Assembly (NCBI RefSeq): GCF_000092105.1
Contig: NC_014148.1
Coordinates: 330,001-362,000 of the forward strand
Reading direction: 5' to 3'
Length of the DNA: 32,000 nucleotides
Source of the DNA: Planctopirus limnophila DSM 3776
Lineage (GTDB): Bacteria > Planctomycetota > Planctomycetia > Planctomycetales > Planctomycetaceae
In this document: positions 16,571-26,253 of the stretch, piece after piece
How positions within the stretch are numbered: position 1 is the stretch's first letter
How the letters are laid out: each line of letters opens with the position of its first letter
Notes under the pieces: generated by a model
What the model was told of the DNA's origin: nothing
The model's database searches: none
The model's input: only the letters and a program-made list of their open reading frames with translations
Position numbers and translations under genes: made by a program

Positions 16571-17695
16571 ATGCCGCTGATGTGGGATGTCGCCCCGAGG
16601 ACTGCTCTTTCTGCAGACTCATTGCCAGAACTTCTTTCATCGGCATGGCCGCAAGTTGCCAGCGTTGATCTATCCCTTGGTCGAGCCGCTCACCCGCCTG
16701 CTGTCGATGTGTTAGGTCCAGCGCTGAATGCTGCCATCAGGCTGTGGAATTGCCCTGCACCCTGGTTTGTGACGGGTGCCCCAGAAGCCTTGCAGAAGAC
16801 GTTTATCTCTCAAGGGATATCTCCGCCACATCACCTGAGTCTGTCGTGGAGTCAGCAAGACTGGTGGATCATCCCGCCCGTGACAGAACAGGCACTGGAG
16901 CAACTGGCGAGCCGACTTTCTTTTGAGGCAGATCCACCGAAAGTAAATCATTCGACCGAAACATGCCCTTCCGGTCAGCCAGCCGTGGTGATTGATCACT
17001 ACAGCCAGGCCTTGCTGCTGCAGAATGTCTGGAGTGCCACAAACTTCCATACACCCCTTTCAGTCGCTTTGTCGGTCAGGCTGGTGGATCGAGGCGAAGG
17101 AGTCAGGATCGGGCATGACTTGAAAGATCTGCTGCTCGGTGTGGGTCGTATGCCCGGGTTGAAAATTGAAGCGATCTGGGGCGATTTTTCCTGGTTGCCA
17201 GAAAGTGAAGTGCCACGAGGACTCTCACTAATGCAACTGGCGGCCCGGCAACTCGCCGACGTTGTCAACATCAACCTGCCTTCGATCTGCCACGAACTAC
17301 CACAGAAGTTCTGGCCACTTGTCGATCGTGTCGAGAATGCACTGACCATCCCTCAATGCATTTTCTCCTGCTCCTTTCCAACTTGGTGGGACATGCTGCA
17401 GAAGGCGAGTGCGGTTCCATTGGCGCTCTTGCAGGGGGTTGTGATCAGTCGCCCCACGATACAGACAGCCGTATTGAATCTCGGGTCTCAGCATTTTCAC
17501 GAGATTGGCTGGGGAGATCTGACAAGGATCGATACATGCCCATCCCTGCGATTGCTGCAGGATGCTGGTGCAAAATGCCAGAAGTGGCTGGCTGAAAAAT
17601 CGCTTTGGGAACTCTCACCTGAGGCTGGTGATTTACGAATCGGGCATGCTGCGACATGTATTCCCATTTTCGGGGCTTTTTCATCTCTTGATTGA
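16571..17695 (+). CDS. Hypothetical protein (374 aa), no family recognised
   Basis: Long ATG-initiated ORF with genome-typical codon usage. Only short shadow ORFs overlap it. Confidence 0.65.
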   Translation: MPLMWDVAPRTALSADSLPELLSSAWPQVASVDLSLGRAAHPPAVDVLGPALNAAIRLWNCPAPWFVTGAPEALQKTFISQGISPPHHLSLSWSQQDWWIIPPVTEQALEQLASRLSFEADPPKVNHSTETCPSGQPAVVIDHYSQALLLQNVWSATNFHTPLSVALSVRLVDRGEGVRIGHDLKDLLLGVGRMPGLKIEAIWGDFSWLPESEVPRGLSLMQLAARQLADVVNINLPSICHELPQKFWPLVDRVENALTIPQCIFSCSFPTWWDMLQKASAVPLALLQGVVISRPTIQTAVLNLGSQHFHEIGWGDLTRIDTCPSLRLLQDAGAKCQKWLAEKSLWELSPEAGDLRIGHAATCIPIFGAFSSLD

Positions 17696-17797
17696 ACGAA
17701 TGCTTCATCGCCGACCATGTTGAATATCATAAGGTTGTCGTGCGATTTACCAAATCTTTGCCATTTGCACTCTGGCTGCTGACAGAGAGTGAGCATC

Positions 17798-18280
17798 ATG
17801 CCTGTATCGAACATTCGCCGAAGGTCACTCCGCTTCGAGAACCTGCAACAGGCTCTCGAAGATGCTGAAATCATTCTTCAAGCACCTGAAGGCTATTTTG
17901 TGACTGGCAGATGGTCAGCAGGACAAATCCTTGACCATCTGGCTTTCTGGGTCGAACGGCCTGTCGATGGCTTTCCTTTCCAGTTGCCCTGGCTCATGAG
18001 ATGGTTCGGCCCGCTGATGAAACGTACCATGCTCGAACAACCCATGCGTCCGGGGTTTCAGTGGCGAGGTCAAATCGCACTCCTGGCGACACCTCAGACG
18101 GAAATCGAAGCAGAAACAGGTCTGGCACATTTTCGTCGTGCGATTGAACGCTTTGAAGCAGGCCCTCTCTTGCCTCGAAGTCCGGCTTTTGGCCCGATGT
18201 CTCGCGAAGATTGGACACAACTGCAATGCCGCCATGCAGAATTGCACCTTTCCTTCCTCCATTCCCAGTCTGCACCATGA
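17798..18280 (+). CDS. DUF1569 / DinB-superfamily-like protein
   Basis: About 160 aa. Pattern recalled from the planctomycete-expanded DUF1569 family: RRSLRFENLQQALEDAE..., TGRWSAGQILDHLAFW, and C-terminal FGPMSREDWTQLQCRHAELHLSFL. ATG at 17798; a GTG at 17789 is an alternative start. Confidence 0.65.
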   Translation: MPVSNIRRRSLRFENLQQALEDAEIILQAPEGYFVTGRWSAGQILDHLAFWVERPVDGFPFQLPWLMRWFGPLMKRTMLEQPMRPGFQWRGQIALLATPQTEIEAETGLAHFRRAIERFEAGPLLPRSPAFGPMSREDWTQLQCRHAELHLSFLHSQSAP

Positions 18281-18509
18281 AAAAGAGCATCCTGAATTCG
18301 TGGTGGCTGCGGTCGATCGATGGGTGAGTCGGTCTTCACTCAACCAGTGCAAAGAGCGTAAACTCCGATGATGAGCCCAGGGTGCCGATTGGCAGTCGTG
18401 GCGATGTTCCAGGAGGAGACCGGCCATGGATGGCGGGCCAGATCAGCCCGAAACGACTGCGCCCCAAGGGGTTTTCGTCCCCTTTTGCGCAGTCACCGTT
18501 CGTGGCAGG

Positions 18510-21500
18510 ATGGTAAATTCTCGATCTCTGCGACCATTGTTAACGCTGGCAGTTTTGGCAGTGTGCGGGCTCTTGGAAGGCTGCAAGATACTGGAGGCCC
18601 CGACCTTTCTGGATGGACTCCGGACAGTTGCCGGTATCACGACACCCGATGTGAGTGATCCGGAAGCTGCTGCCAAATCACCAGAAAAGAGCTCCGCAGC
18701 GAGTGATCCGAAAGCCACAACGACAAAAACACCAGAAACGACTGAGTCAAAAGAGTCCACTCCACCGACCATCACCTTGCCGGGATCAAAAGCTGGTCAA
18801 TCCGCAGTGGTCGATGATGGTTCCGCTTCACCTTTGATCCTGCACTATCGCCAGAAGTTTGCTCTCGATGCGTGGCAAAAAGCCTATGATGCCACGCCTG
18901 TCATTCAGCAGAGCTGGCAACTCATCAGCCGGAATTCCGCGACGGATTTGCCGGTGCATGCAAACCTGCCCAAGAATGCCCAATTACAATCGGGCCAGAT
19001 CCACTCCAGTCATCGCTGGCCCAGCTATTTCCGGTACATGGTGCGTGATAAAGAGAGTGCCGCCTTGGCAGCCACCGGGAAGTCTGCCAGAACACTCACT
19101 GCCGATGTTACCTGGCTGGCCATGAGGCAGTCTGGTGAATCCAAGGCTCAACTTCCGCCTGCTGTTTCCGAATTGCCATCCAGTACGATCACTCCCGCGG
19201 CAGAAGCCAGCGAGACGCCAGTGGAAGAGCAGGCCACGAATCAAAGATCGGATCCGGCCAGATTAACCAATTCAGAGCTAAGAGCCAGTCTCGAAGCCTT
19301 GAAGACCATGCTGGCAGCACGAGAGTTGGCAGGTGTTAATGCTGCCATTCTTCTGTCGAACTGTGAGCCCCAGCGAGCTGTTGAACTGATCGCTCCTTTG
19401 GGAGAAATTGTGGTTGATGGCCGCATTCGTCTGAAGGGCGAGCCCGTGACGATGTCTCCGCGGCTGCGAGCTGCTGCAGCCGAGGCCTGGTGCCGGATGC
19501 TTTTAGAAAAACCAGGGGAACCTGAACTCAGATTGGCGCCCGCTGGTGAACTGCTGAAGCAGGATTCGCTGGCTGGAGAGGTCAAAGTCGTCTTGTGGCA
19601 ATTGCTGGCTCAAAGAATTCTGCCAGATCGATTGCCCGGGCTGGCCGACGCGATTAACGAACAGCAAGGTGATCTTCCCTTAAGACAGGGTGCCTATGAA
19701 GCCTGTCTGATTTTTGCAACGATGCAGAAACTTGAACAAGGTCTTCTGCCGCAGCACGAAATGCTTTTTGTTCAGGCGGCCCATGAGAGTGATCCTCAAC
19801 TGTCCGATTGGCCGGAAGGGATGTCGCTGGCCCGATTTGATCGCGATCCGATGATTCGTCGGCTGTATGGTCGCTGGCTGGCGTTGCTCAATCATGATCA
19901 GGCCTGTGCGATTGCTCTGGCGCAGGGACAGGATGCCGACTTACGTGTGGCAGACGATGCGATTTTGAACCTCGGGTTACTGACTGCCGCCGAAGCACAA
20001 CAAGCGTTGGAAAAATTCGTGCGTTCTGCCAATGAGAATCAGCAGACACTGGCTGCGATGGCCATCTCACTCAGACAGCCTGAACGCCTCGCGGAGTTTC
20101 TCAACCCTCCGGCTGGGCAGACTTCGACACCTCGATTTCGAGCAGCTGTGGTGAGTCAGTTTGGTCGTTACCCTTCATTGACCAATGCGACACTGCTCAG
20201 GCCTTCGATTCGTGATCGCAGTCTCGATGTGCAACTGGCACTGGCGAAACTTCTTGCCGACTGGCCGATGGAACTCGCTTCGCCATTACTTCTGGAAATA
20301 CTGACGGAGGGTTCCGGCCCTGCCCGGGAAGAGGCCATGCGTTCGATCTCGGCGCATTTGGGTTATTCGCCAGTCTTTCCGATCCATGGGCCCAGAGAGG
20401 AGCGAATCGCTGCTGTGAAGGAGCTTTCGCGTGTGCAGGGCTTACCAGCCACCTGGCTGAATACCGCTAATTCCGAGGCGTACGATTTCACAAGTCGAGC
20501 CGATTCTCAGAGTGCCGCGAGTTCCGTTTCGCAGATGGTGAATTCTGTCCCGGCGTCAAGAAACGAATGGTCTGTGGGCGAGCTGCAAAATGAGCTTTCG
20601 ACGATTGTCAAACTTCCCCAGGGAAGCAGTGAAAGGCTGGATCGAACCGAATTTCTGGCGAGGTCATTGCCGGTCAGTCTTCCTGTACTGACTGATGCCG
20701 CCATGAGACTTCCTCCCGAGCAACTGACAGAGATTGCCCGTGAAGTCTTTGCCCCTGCCGACGAGGCGGTAAAACTGGTGCTCGACATGAATGCCAATGA
20801 GGTCCTCGCGCGTCGTCAGTCGGCCAGTGCTCTGAGGCAACTGGCTGCCTCACAAAATCCTGGGCGTATCGCGGTCAAACTGTTGCAGGAAAAATTGCGA
20901 ACAGAGCAGGATCAGCAGGTCTGGCAGGAAATCATGCGGGCAATTGACCGCGAATCGACACCAGAAGCTGCTGCGCTGGCCCAAATGGCTATTCATCATC
21001 ACTGGCCCGATATCCGGCTATGTGGTTGCCAGTATGTGCTCAAGCATCCCGCGATCGAGAGGGGCTTGTGGCTGGCCCCTGTGATTGAAGACCCTCATCG
21101 TCCGGTTCGTCTGGCAGCGATTGAGGCCGCTGGTGTCTGTGGGAATCCGCAACTCATTGAAGGGTTACCGGTGAATGATGGTTCACGGGTCGGTTCACTG
21201 CGACCACTCCTGCAATCGACCGATCATGAGCTGATGGAAACAGCACTCGTGGCTCTGGTGCGTCTAAGAGATGATCAGGCCATGGCGGAACTGTTAAGGC
21301 GCAGTCGGCATGATAATCCACGAGCCCGCTTGCAGGCTGTGGAACTGATTCGACAAACCGGTCAGCCTCGTTTCGTAGAACCACTGATCGAGCAGCTCTG
21401 GACAGAGAAAACGGATTCGGTGATTGTCGAAATCCTGCGGACGCTCGAAGAACTTGTTCCGCCCCATGATCAGCCGGTCTTCGATACGAGGTTAGGTTAT

Positions 21501-21572
21501 CCCACACGGCAGATGAAGATCGACGCGTGGGCGAAGTGGCTGGCCGATCAGAAGATTCGGCGCTCAGAGTGA
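18510..21572 (+). CDS. Large lipoprotein (~1020 aa) with a Ser/Thr/Pro/Lys-rich linker and a HEAT/ARM-like helical repeat body
   Basis: MVNSRSLRPLLTLAVLAVCGLLEGC is a signal peptide plus lipobox Cys. The C-terminal part shows HEAT-like repeats (DPHRPVRLAAIEAAGVCGNPQLIEGL; STDHELMETALVALVRLRDDQAMAELL; DNPRARLQAVELIRQTGQPRFVEPL). Start moved to the ATG at 18510 (AGGA upstream); the track ORF starts at 18426. Confidence 0.75.
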   Translation: MVNSRSLRPLLTLAVLAVCGLLEGCKILEAPTFLDGLRTVAGITTPDVSDPEAAAKSPEKSSAASDPKATTTKTPETTESKESTPPTITLPGSKAGQSAVVDDGSASPLILHYRQKFALDAWQKAYDATPVIQQSWQLISRNSATDLPVHANLPKNAQLQSGQIHSSHRWPSYFRYMVRDKESAALAATGKSARTLTADVTWLAMRQSGESKAQLPPAVSELPSSTITPAAEASETPVEEQATNQRSDPARLTNSELRASLEALKTMLAARELAGVNAAILLSNCEPQRAVELIAPLGEIVVDGRIRLKGEPVTMSPRLRAAAAEAWCRMLLEKPGEPELRLAPAGELLKQDSLAGEVKVVLWQLLAQRILPDRLPGLADAINEQQGDLPLRQGAYEACLIFATMQKLEQGLLPQHEMLFVQAAHESDPQLSDWPEGMSLARFDRDPMIRRLYGRWLALLNHDQACAIALAQGQDADLRVADDAILNLGLLTAAEAQQALEKFVRSANENQQTLAAMAISLRQPERLAEFLNPPAGQTSTPRFRAAVVSQFGRYPSLTNATLLRPSIRDRSLDVQLALAKLLADWPMELASPLLLEILTEGSGPAREEAMRSISAHLGYSPVFPIHGPREERIAAVKELSRVQGLPATWLNTANSEAYDFTSRADSQSAASSVSQMVNSVPASRNEWSVGELQNELSTIVKLPQGSSERLDRTEFLARSLPVSLPVLTDAAMRLPPEQLTEIAREVFAPADEAVKLVLDMNANEVLARRQSASALRQLAASQNPGRIAVKLLQEKLRTEQDQQVWQEIMRAIDRESTPEAAALAQMAIHHHWPDIRLCGCQYVLKHPAIERGLWLAPVIEDPHRPVRLAAIEAAGVCGNPQLIEGLPVNDGSRVGSLRPLLQSTDHELMETALVALVRLRDDQAMAELLRRSRHDNPRARLQAVELIRQTGQPRFVEPLIEQLWTEKTDSVIVEILRTLEELVPPHDQPVFDTRLGYPTRQMKIDAWAKWLADQKIRRSE

Positions 21573-21588
21573 TGTGCATATCCAACCG

Positions 21589-21617
21589 GCCTGCCTGATA
21601 GAATTCTTTCAGCAGGC
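21589..21617. terminator. Hairpin at a convergent gene junction (GCCTGC(C)TGA - 10-nt loop containing GAATTC - TCAGCAGGC)
   Basis: Read directly: 9 bp with one bulge. There is no T-run on either strand, so a terminator role is a guess. It overlaps the last codons of the AI-2E gene. Confidence 0.3.
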
Positions 21618-22880
21618 GGGTGGCTTAGGAACCTCGGGCGCTGGTGGTGCCGCATCGACTATGGTGGCCACCACAGATACTGGCGTAGCAATGATGGTGG
21701 CGGTCACATCCGAGACAAAATTTGCTCCTGGCTTCTCACCCGCTGATTCTCCTCTGGCTGGAGAGGAAGTGGCCATGAAGCCCTTCAGTTCCTGATTGAA
21801 AATCTTGGCCAGCGCGTACAACACCGAAGCGATCATGGGCCCCAGAAAAATCCCCCACAATCCAAAGGCTTCCAGCCCGCCGAGAATGGAAACGAATCCG
21901 AGCAGCGGATGCATCTGCACATTGCTGCTCAACGTATAGGCACGCACGACGTTATCGATGCTGCTGATCACCAGAAAACCAAACAGGAATAATCCTGCCG
22001 CAGTGAAGTAGTGCCCTTGCGTTGCCAGATAGATCGACATGGGCACATACACCCCGGCGGCACCAATCATCGGAACCATGGCAGCGACAGTGGTGACCAT
22101 GCCAATGACGAAAATGTGCCCAATCCCCAGAACTCCTACCGCGAGAGACATGGCGATCCCCTGACCCACGGCTGCCACGAGTGTCCCCATGACGACAGAG
22201 CGGGTCACTTTCGTGAATTGATCAAAGACCTGCTGCTGGTATTCCGGCTGGATGGGGATGAGATTCTGAGCGCCGTGCAGAATGCGTGGGCCATCGGCCA
22301 GAAAGAAGTAAAGTCCCAGCAGGCAGACAGTCAATTGAATAAAGAAGTTGATGAGAGTACCGATGATTCCCCAGGTGGAGCTGGCAATTTCCGAGGCACC
22401 CACGCCCAGTTGCTTGACCTGATTCTGGATGCCAGTCAGAAGTTGCTCTTTGACAGCCTCCTGGTCGGCTCCCGCAGGCATCAGAGGCATGATGCGTTGA
22501 ACAAACTGATCGATTCGAAGTGAGACAGTCGACTTGATCTGCTCCCAGGAGGAATCGGAAAGATTATCCTGCACAAAGACCGACAGTTCTAATCCTGTCA
22601 GCAGGATGGCAAACAGGATGGGCAGGACAATCACCACGACGACACCGGTGGTGGTGGCGGCAGCAGCGAGAGATGTCCACCCGCGGCAGTAAGCCAGACT
22701 GCTGCTATGCATCGGCTGCGCAAGTATGGCAAGCACTCCCGCTAACAGAAGCGACATCAGGTAGGGGGCCATCACCTGATAGAACATCAGAATGAAAATG
22801 ACCATCACGACTGAAAGGACCAGCAAAGAGACGATTTTGACGGTCGATTGATCACGCAGATTGTCAACGGTCGATGGCAT
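21609..22880 (-). CDS. AI-2E family transporter (PerM/UPF0118-like permease)
   Basis: Multi-TM protein with the family's conserved C-terminal half: VVMGTLVAAVGQGIAMSLAVGVLGIGHIFVIGMVTTVAAMVPMIGAAGVYVP ... ISSIDNVVRAYTLSSNVQMHPLLGFVSILGGLEAFGLWGIFLGPMIASVLYAL. Start set at the ATG at 22880 (MPSTVDNL...); the track ORF starts at 22982. Confidence 0.9.
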   Translation of the reverse strand: MPSTVDNLRDQSTVKIVSLLVLSVVMVIFILMFYQVMAPYLMSLLLAGVLAILAQPMHSSSLAYCRGWTSLAAAATTTGVVVVIVLPILFAILLTGLELSVFVQDNLSDSSWEQIKSTVSLRIDQFVQRIMPLMPAGADQEAVKEQLLTGIQNQVKQLGVGASEIASSTWGIIGTLINFFIQLTVCLLGLYFFLADGPRILHGAQNLIPIQPEYQQQVFDQFTKVTRSVVMGTLVAAVGQGIAMSLAVGVLGIGHIFVIGMVTTVAAMVPMIGAAGVYVPMSIYLATQGHYFTAAGLFLFGFLVISSIDNVVRAYTLSSNVQMHPLLGFVSILGGLEAFGLWGIFLGPMIASVLYALAKIFNQELKGFMATSSPARGESAGEKPGANFVSDVTATIIATPVSVVATIVDAAPPAPEVPKPPAC

Positions 22881-23293
22881 ATTGAGTTTTTCCAGGGCCC
22901 TGGTTGTGAGAGAGAATCTGCATTCGATGATTGATCTTGGTCGCCTTTGATACGGATCTGCAACCCAAATCCTGACGAGCATTCACTCTTACCAGTCGAT
23001 ACAATCACTGAAAGGAGAGTTCAAACGGGGGCTGGTTTCAGCGAACGGATTGACTCGGCGGTTGGGATCACGCGAATTATCGAAATGAGTTCAGTTCGTA
23101 GATTTTGTTTTGCAGGTGAATACTCAGAAAACGATGGCAATTTATGAGAGAATGCTGGCTCCTGCATGGTTAAATCATGCGAAGAATCATGCTGCTCCAT
23201 GAGGATATTTCCTAAGAATCCGTCCGTTTTGATGTCATGAGAGATGGTTGTTGGTGGTCTGCTGAGACAGAGTGATGCTGGTGGAGTTATTCG

Positions 23294-23884
23294 ATGCCCA
23301 AACCCTATGTGATGACCTTGATGGCCACCAATCGCGTGGGAGTCATGGCGGCATTAACAACAGCTCTCGATGAATTGGGTGGAAATCTCCGCGAAGTGAG
23401 TCAGACAGTGACCGGCAACTATTTCACCATGTTGCTGACGGCTGACTTCCCCGATGATCGACCGGCTGGAGTGATCAACGACCATATTCGGGCCTTTTGC
23501 GATCCCTTTGGTATCGAACTGACGCTGAAACCACTTTCCAGTGCAGAACTCAGCGAACCCACGACGAATGGCAAAGCTGCGGCCACCGAGCGATATTCTT
23601 TGACAGTGGTGGGCCCGGATCGTCGCGGAAGTCTGCGGCAGGTTTGTTATCGGCTGGCCCATCACGGAATTGATATTGCCGATCTGCATGCCACGACATT
23701 ACCAGGAAATGATCACTTCGTGGCGCGATTCGCACTAACAGTTCCCAAGTCGATTGATCGCGGTCAATTGCAGAAAGAGCTTTTCGAATTGAGCGAGACG
23801 ACCGGAAGCACGATCACACTGCAGCATCATCTGGTGGGGTTGGCGACCCAGAGTCCCATCCCGATCCGTCTGGCTTCCCAATGA
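23294..23884 (+). CDS. Tandem ACT-domain regulatory protein (GcvR-like architecture)
   Basis: Two ACT-like beta-alpha-beta-beta-alpha-beta units: YVMTLMATNRVGVMAALTTALDELGGNLREVSQTVTGNYFTMLLTADF and YSLTVVGPDRRGSLRQVCYRLAHHGIDIADLHATTLPGNDHFVARFALTV. Confidence 0.8.
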   Translation: MPKPYVMTLMATNRVGVMAALTTALDELGGNLREVSQTVTGNYFTMLLTADFPDDRPAGVINDHIRAFCDPFGIELTLKPLSSAELSEPTTNGKAAATERYSLTVVGPDRRGSLRQVCYRLAHHGIDIADLHATTLPGNDHFVARFALTVPKSIDRGQLQKELFELSETTGSTITLQHHLVGLATQSPIPIRLASQ

Positions 23885-24013
23885 ATTGATCATCAGCGAA
23901 TCGATCATCAGTGAATTTGAAACATGTCGATGCGGCAGGTCGGTACGATCTGCTGCGATAAAGTGCTAATCCTAAAAACATTACGACCATCGATTTTTCT
24001 CACGGAAACCTTC

Positions 24014-25357
24014 ATGCAGCCTACACTGCCAACCACGAGCTGGATGCATCTGGATGGCCCCGCACATCTCTTCGATGTTCGTACTGTGACGCTGGGGATC
24101 AGTCTCGCGAATTGTGTGGATCGTTCGCTGCATCGCTTCTGTGAAAACGTGTATCAGCGAATCACAAGCGCAGCCAGTCGCTATGTAGAAACATGCCATC
24201 AGGTTTCGGGCGAAATGGGTGTCCCGGTCATTCAGCGCTGGCTGAGTGTGACAGCGATTGACCATCTGGCCGATGGTTTTACAGCAGAAGATCTGTTTCA
24301 TATTGCTCGAACTCTCGATGGAGCTGCTGCGAACGTACGGGTCGATGCGATTGGAGGATTCTCGGCCTGGATGCAGCACGGCCTTTCGGGTGGGGCCCGC
24401 CAACTGATCGAAAGTCTCCCGCAGGCACTCTCACAGACGGAACGAGTGCATTCGGCGATTGTGGCCGGGACAAGTGAAGTGGGGATTAACTTTTCGGGTC
24501 TGCTCCCGGTTGCTCAGCAGTTGCTGGAGCTTTCGCGGTTAACAAAAGATCGCCCGGGAACCGCCGCGCGGATGAGTGTGGTCGCCAACCCACCCAGTGC
24601 CTGCTTTGGTAAAGCCGGTTGCCCGGATGGGATGCCCGACATGCAGCTTTATTCGGGAATCAGTGCACCCCGGATTATCAATCAATGTCTGCGTGCGCGG
24701 ATGGCAGAGGACCCTGATTGCCGGTTGGAAGATCTTGCCGCCGAAGTGCGGACAGCCACCTTCCGAGCCACTCGCGCTGCGGAGTTGACGGGCCGGGAAA
24801 TTGCCCGTCGACTGGGAGCCACCTGGGGAGGTATCGATCTGACAGTCGCACCTTCACTGCGCCCGGGGGACAGCATTGCCGAATTGATGGGCCTGATGGG
24901 GATTGAACGCTTTGGTGCCCCCGGAACTGCCGCTCTTATTGCCTTGATTGACCGCGCTGTGCGCGATGGTGGCCGTTTCGCTGCCACAAGAATCTGTGGC
25001 TCGTGGGGAGTGCGTCTGCCGCTGATGGATGACGTTGGTCTGACAGAAGCGTTACGTTCCGGCGAGATGAGTTTTAATCAACTCTCATTGCTGACAGGAG
25101 CTGGGGCCCAGGGGCTCGATCTGGTACCAGTCCCTGGCGATACCGATGCGGAAACTTTGGCTGCAGTGCTGGCCGACCAGATGAGTATCGGCCATGCGAG
25201 CGGTCGCCCGGTGACCGTGAGACTGGTTCCTGTGCAAGGAAAAACGGGGGGCGATTCGATTTCGATGGGTGGTATGAATCAGTCGGCCATCGTGCTCCCC
25301 ATGCTGGCTACAGGTCGCAGTAACACCATGGCCAGGCGAGGTGGTCGCCTGCCTTAA
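24014..25357 (+). CDS. UPF0210 / DUF711 family protein
   Basis: Family hallmarks recalled from Streptococcus/archaeal UPF0210 proteins: [11 protein letters not shown] ~20 aa from the N-terminus, [70 protein letters not shown], and C-terminal RRGGRLP. Start set at the ATG at 24014; the ATG at 23924 is possible but adds a non-conserved extension. Confidence 0.85.
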   Translation: MQPTLPTTSWMHLDGPAHLFDVRTVTLGISLANCVDRSLHRFCENVYQRITSAASRYVETCHQVSGEMGVPVIQRWLSVTAIDHLADGFTAEDLFHIARTLDGAAANVRVDAIGGFSAWMQHGLSGGARQLIESLPQALSQTERVHSAIVAGTSEVGINFSGLLPVAQQLLELSRLTKDRPGTAARMSVVANPPSACFGKAGCPDGMPDMQLYSGISAPRIINQCLRARMAEDPDCRLEDLAAEVRTATFRATRAAELTGREIARRLGATWGGIDLTVAPSLRPGDSIAELMGLMGIERFGAPGTAALIALIDRAVRDGGRFAATRICGSWGVRLPLMDDVGLTEALRSGEMSFNQLSLLTGAGAQGLDLVPVPGDTDAETLAAVLADQMSIGHASGRPVTVRLVPVQGKTGGDSISMGGMNQSAIVLPMLATGRSNTMARRGGRLP

Positions 25358-25396
25358 ACGCCTCGAAAACTAATGGCGTGTGGAGAGTCAGTAAAG

Positions 25397-25427
25397 CATG
25401 CTTGCTCGGAGCCGCAAGCATGGCACA
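25397..25427. repeat. Palindromic element, copy 1: CATGCTTGC-N8-GCAAGCATG followed by GCACA
   Basis: Read directly. Perfect 9-bp stem with an 8-nt loop. Lies between the convergent genes ending at 25357 (+) and 25479 (-). A near-identical copy lies at 27972-28002. Confidence 0.85.
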
Positions 25428-25478
25428 TCAAGCACTGCTAAATCCTGGAATCCTTTCAGAATTGCGGTTTCCAGATTT

Positions 25479-25781
25479 CTAAGGCAGACTTGAGCCTTCG
25501 GGGTGCAGGCGAAAGACTGGCAGTTGGGCTCTGACCGATTTGGGGAGAGCTTCCTGCATCGGCGGTATGTTGGAGCCAAGTCTCTGGCTGATCTGCTCGA
25601 GCTTCTGGCCTATGGCTGCATACTCTGTGAGCTGCTGTTCACGCCATTCGACGAACAGCGATTCCAGCTTTTCTTCCCAGTGCCGGGCATCCTGCAGACT
25701 TTGTCGCAGATGCTGTAAAAGTGGTAACAGGGCATCCGTCGCCTGTGTCGAGGCATCCTTACGCGAGAAGTCCTGCGTCAT
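25479..25781 (-). CDS. Hypothetical small coiled-coil-like protein (~100 aa)
   Basis: Minus ORF with G/C-biased third positions (MTQDFSRKDAS...LQDARHWEEKLESLFVEWREQQLTEYAAIGQKLEQISQRLG). Two plus-strand ORFs overlap it, so the call is tentative. Start set at the internal ATG at 25781. Confidence 0.4.
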   Translation of the reverse strand: MTQDFSRKDASTQATDALLPLLQHLRQSLQDARHWEEKLESLFVEWREQQLTEYAAIGQKLEQISQRLGSNIPPMQEALPKSVRAQLPVFRLHPEGSSLP

Positions 25782-26253
25782 GAACAGCACCCGGCAAATC
25801 GCCAATGAAGGCGAGGTCGATAAGTCCACACGTCTAGTGGCAGCCAGATAATTCTGATGACCAGGAGCGGCTGCCATTCACGAAAGACAGTATCGGCCGG
25901 ATATGCAGGAAGCTTAAGTAGACTTAACAAATTGTATCGCATAGGTAAAAGAGTCGTCTTTTGCGGTGACTCAACGAGCAATCATTGCCAGAAACGATGC
26001 AGCGAGTTTTCTCCCCGCTCTTTGGTAATCACCTCTCAGTAAAACTGTTGTCAAAATGATTGAAAGAAAATCAATCTGAGACGCAGGTGTGAACTGATTC
26101 ATCGGCAGTAACTGCTTATCTGGTTGATAGTTATCAAAAAGCGATCTGGCTTGGGAAAAATGGCTCACTTCTTGCCTTCTCATACCGGCATCTCTGATCC
26201 GCATGGAATGGAAGCAGAGACAATGGCCTCAACAAGAGAGTGGGAGACGGGAA

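Noticed and set aside
22892-22903. Perfect 12-bp palindrome CCAGGGCCCTGG, 12 nt upstream of the AI-2E transporter start.
   Set aside because: It is a single short GC palindrome with no partner site. It cannot be distinguished from chance or a restriction-type site without comparative data.
25971-26204. Minus-strand 77-aa ORF in the intergenic region upstream of the G/Y/H/P-rich gene.
   Set aside because: Third codon positions are predominantly A/T, opposite to the bias of confident genes in the window. It is likely a promoter or leader region.
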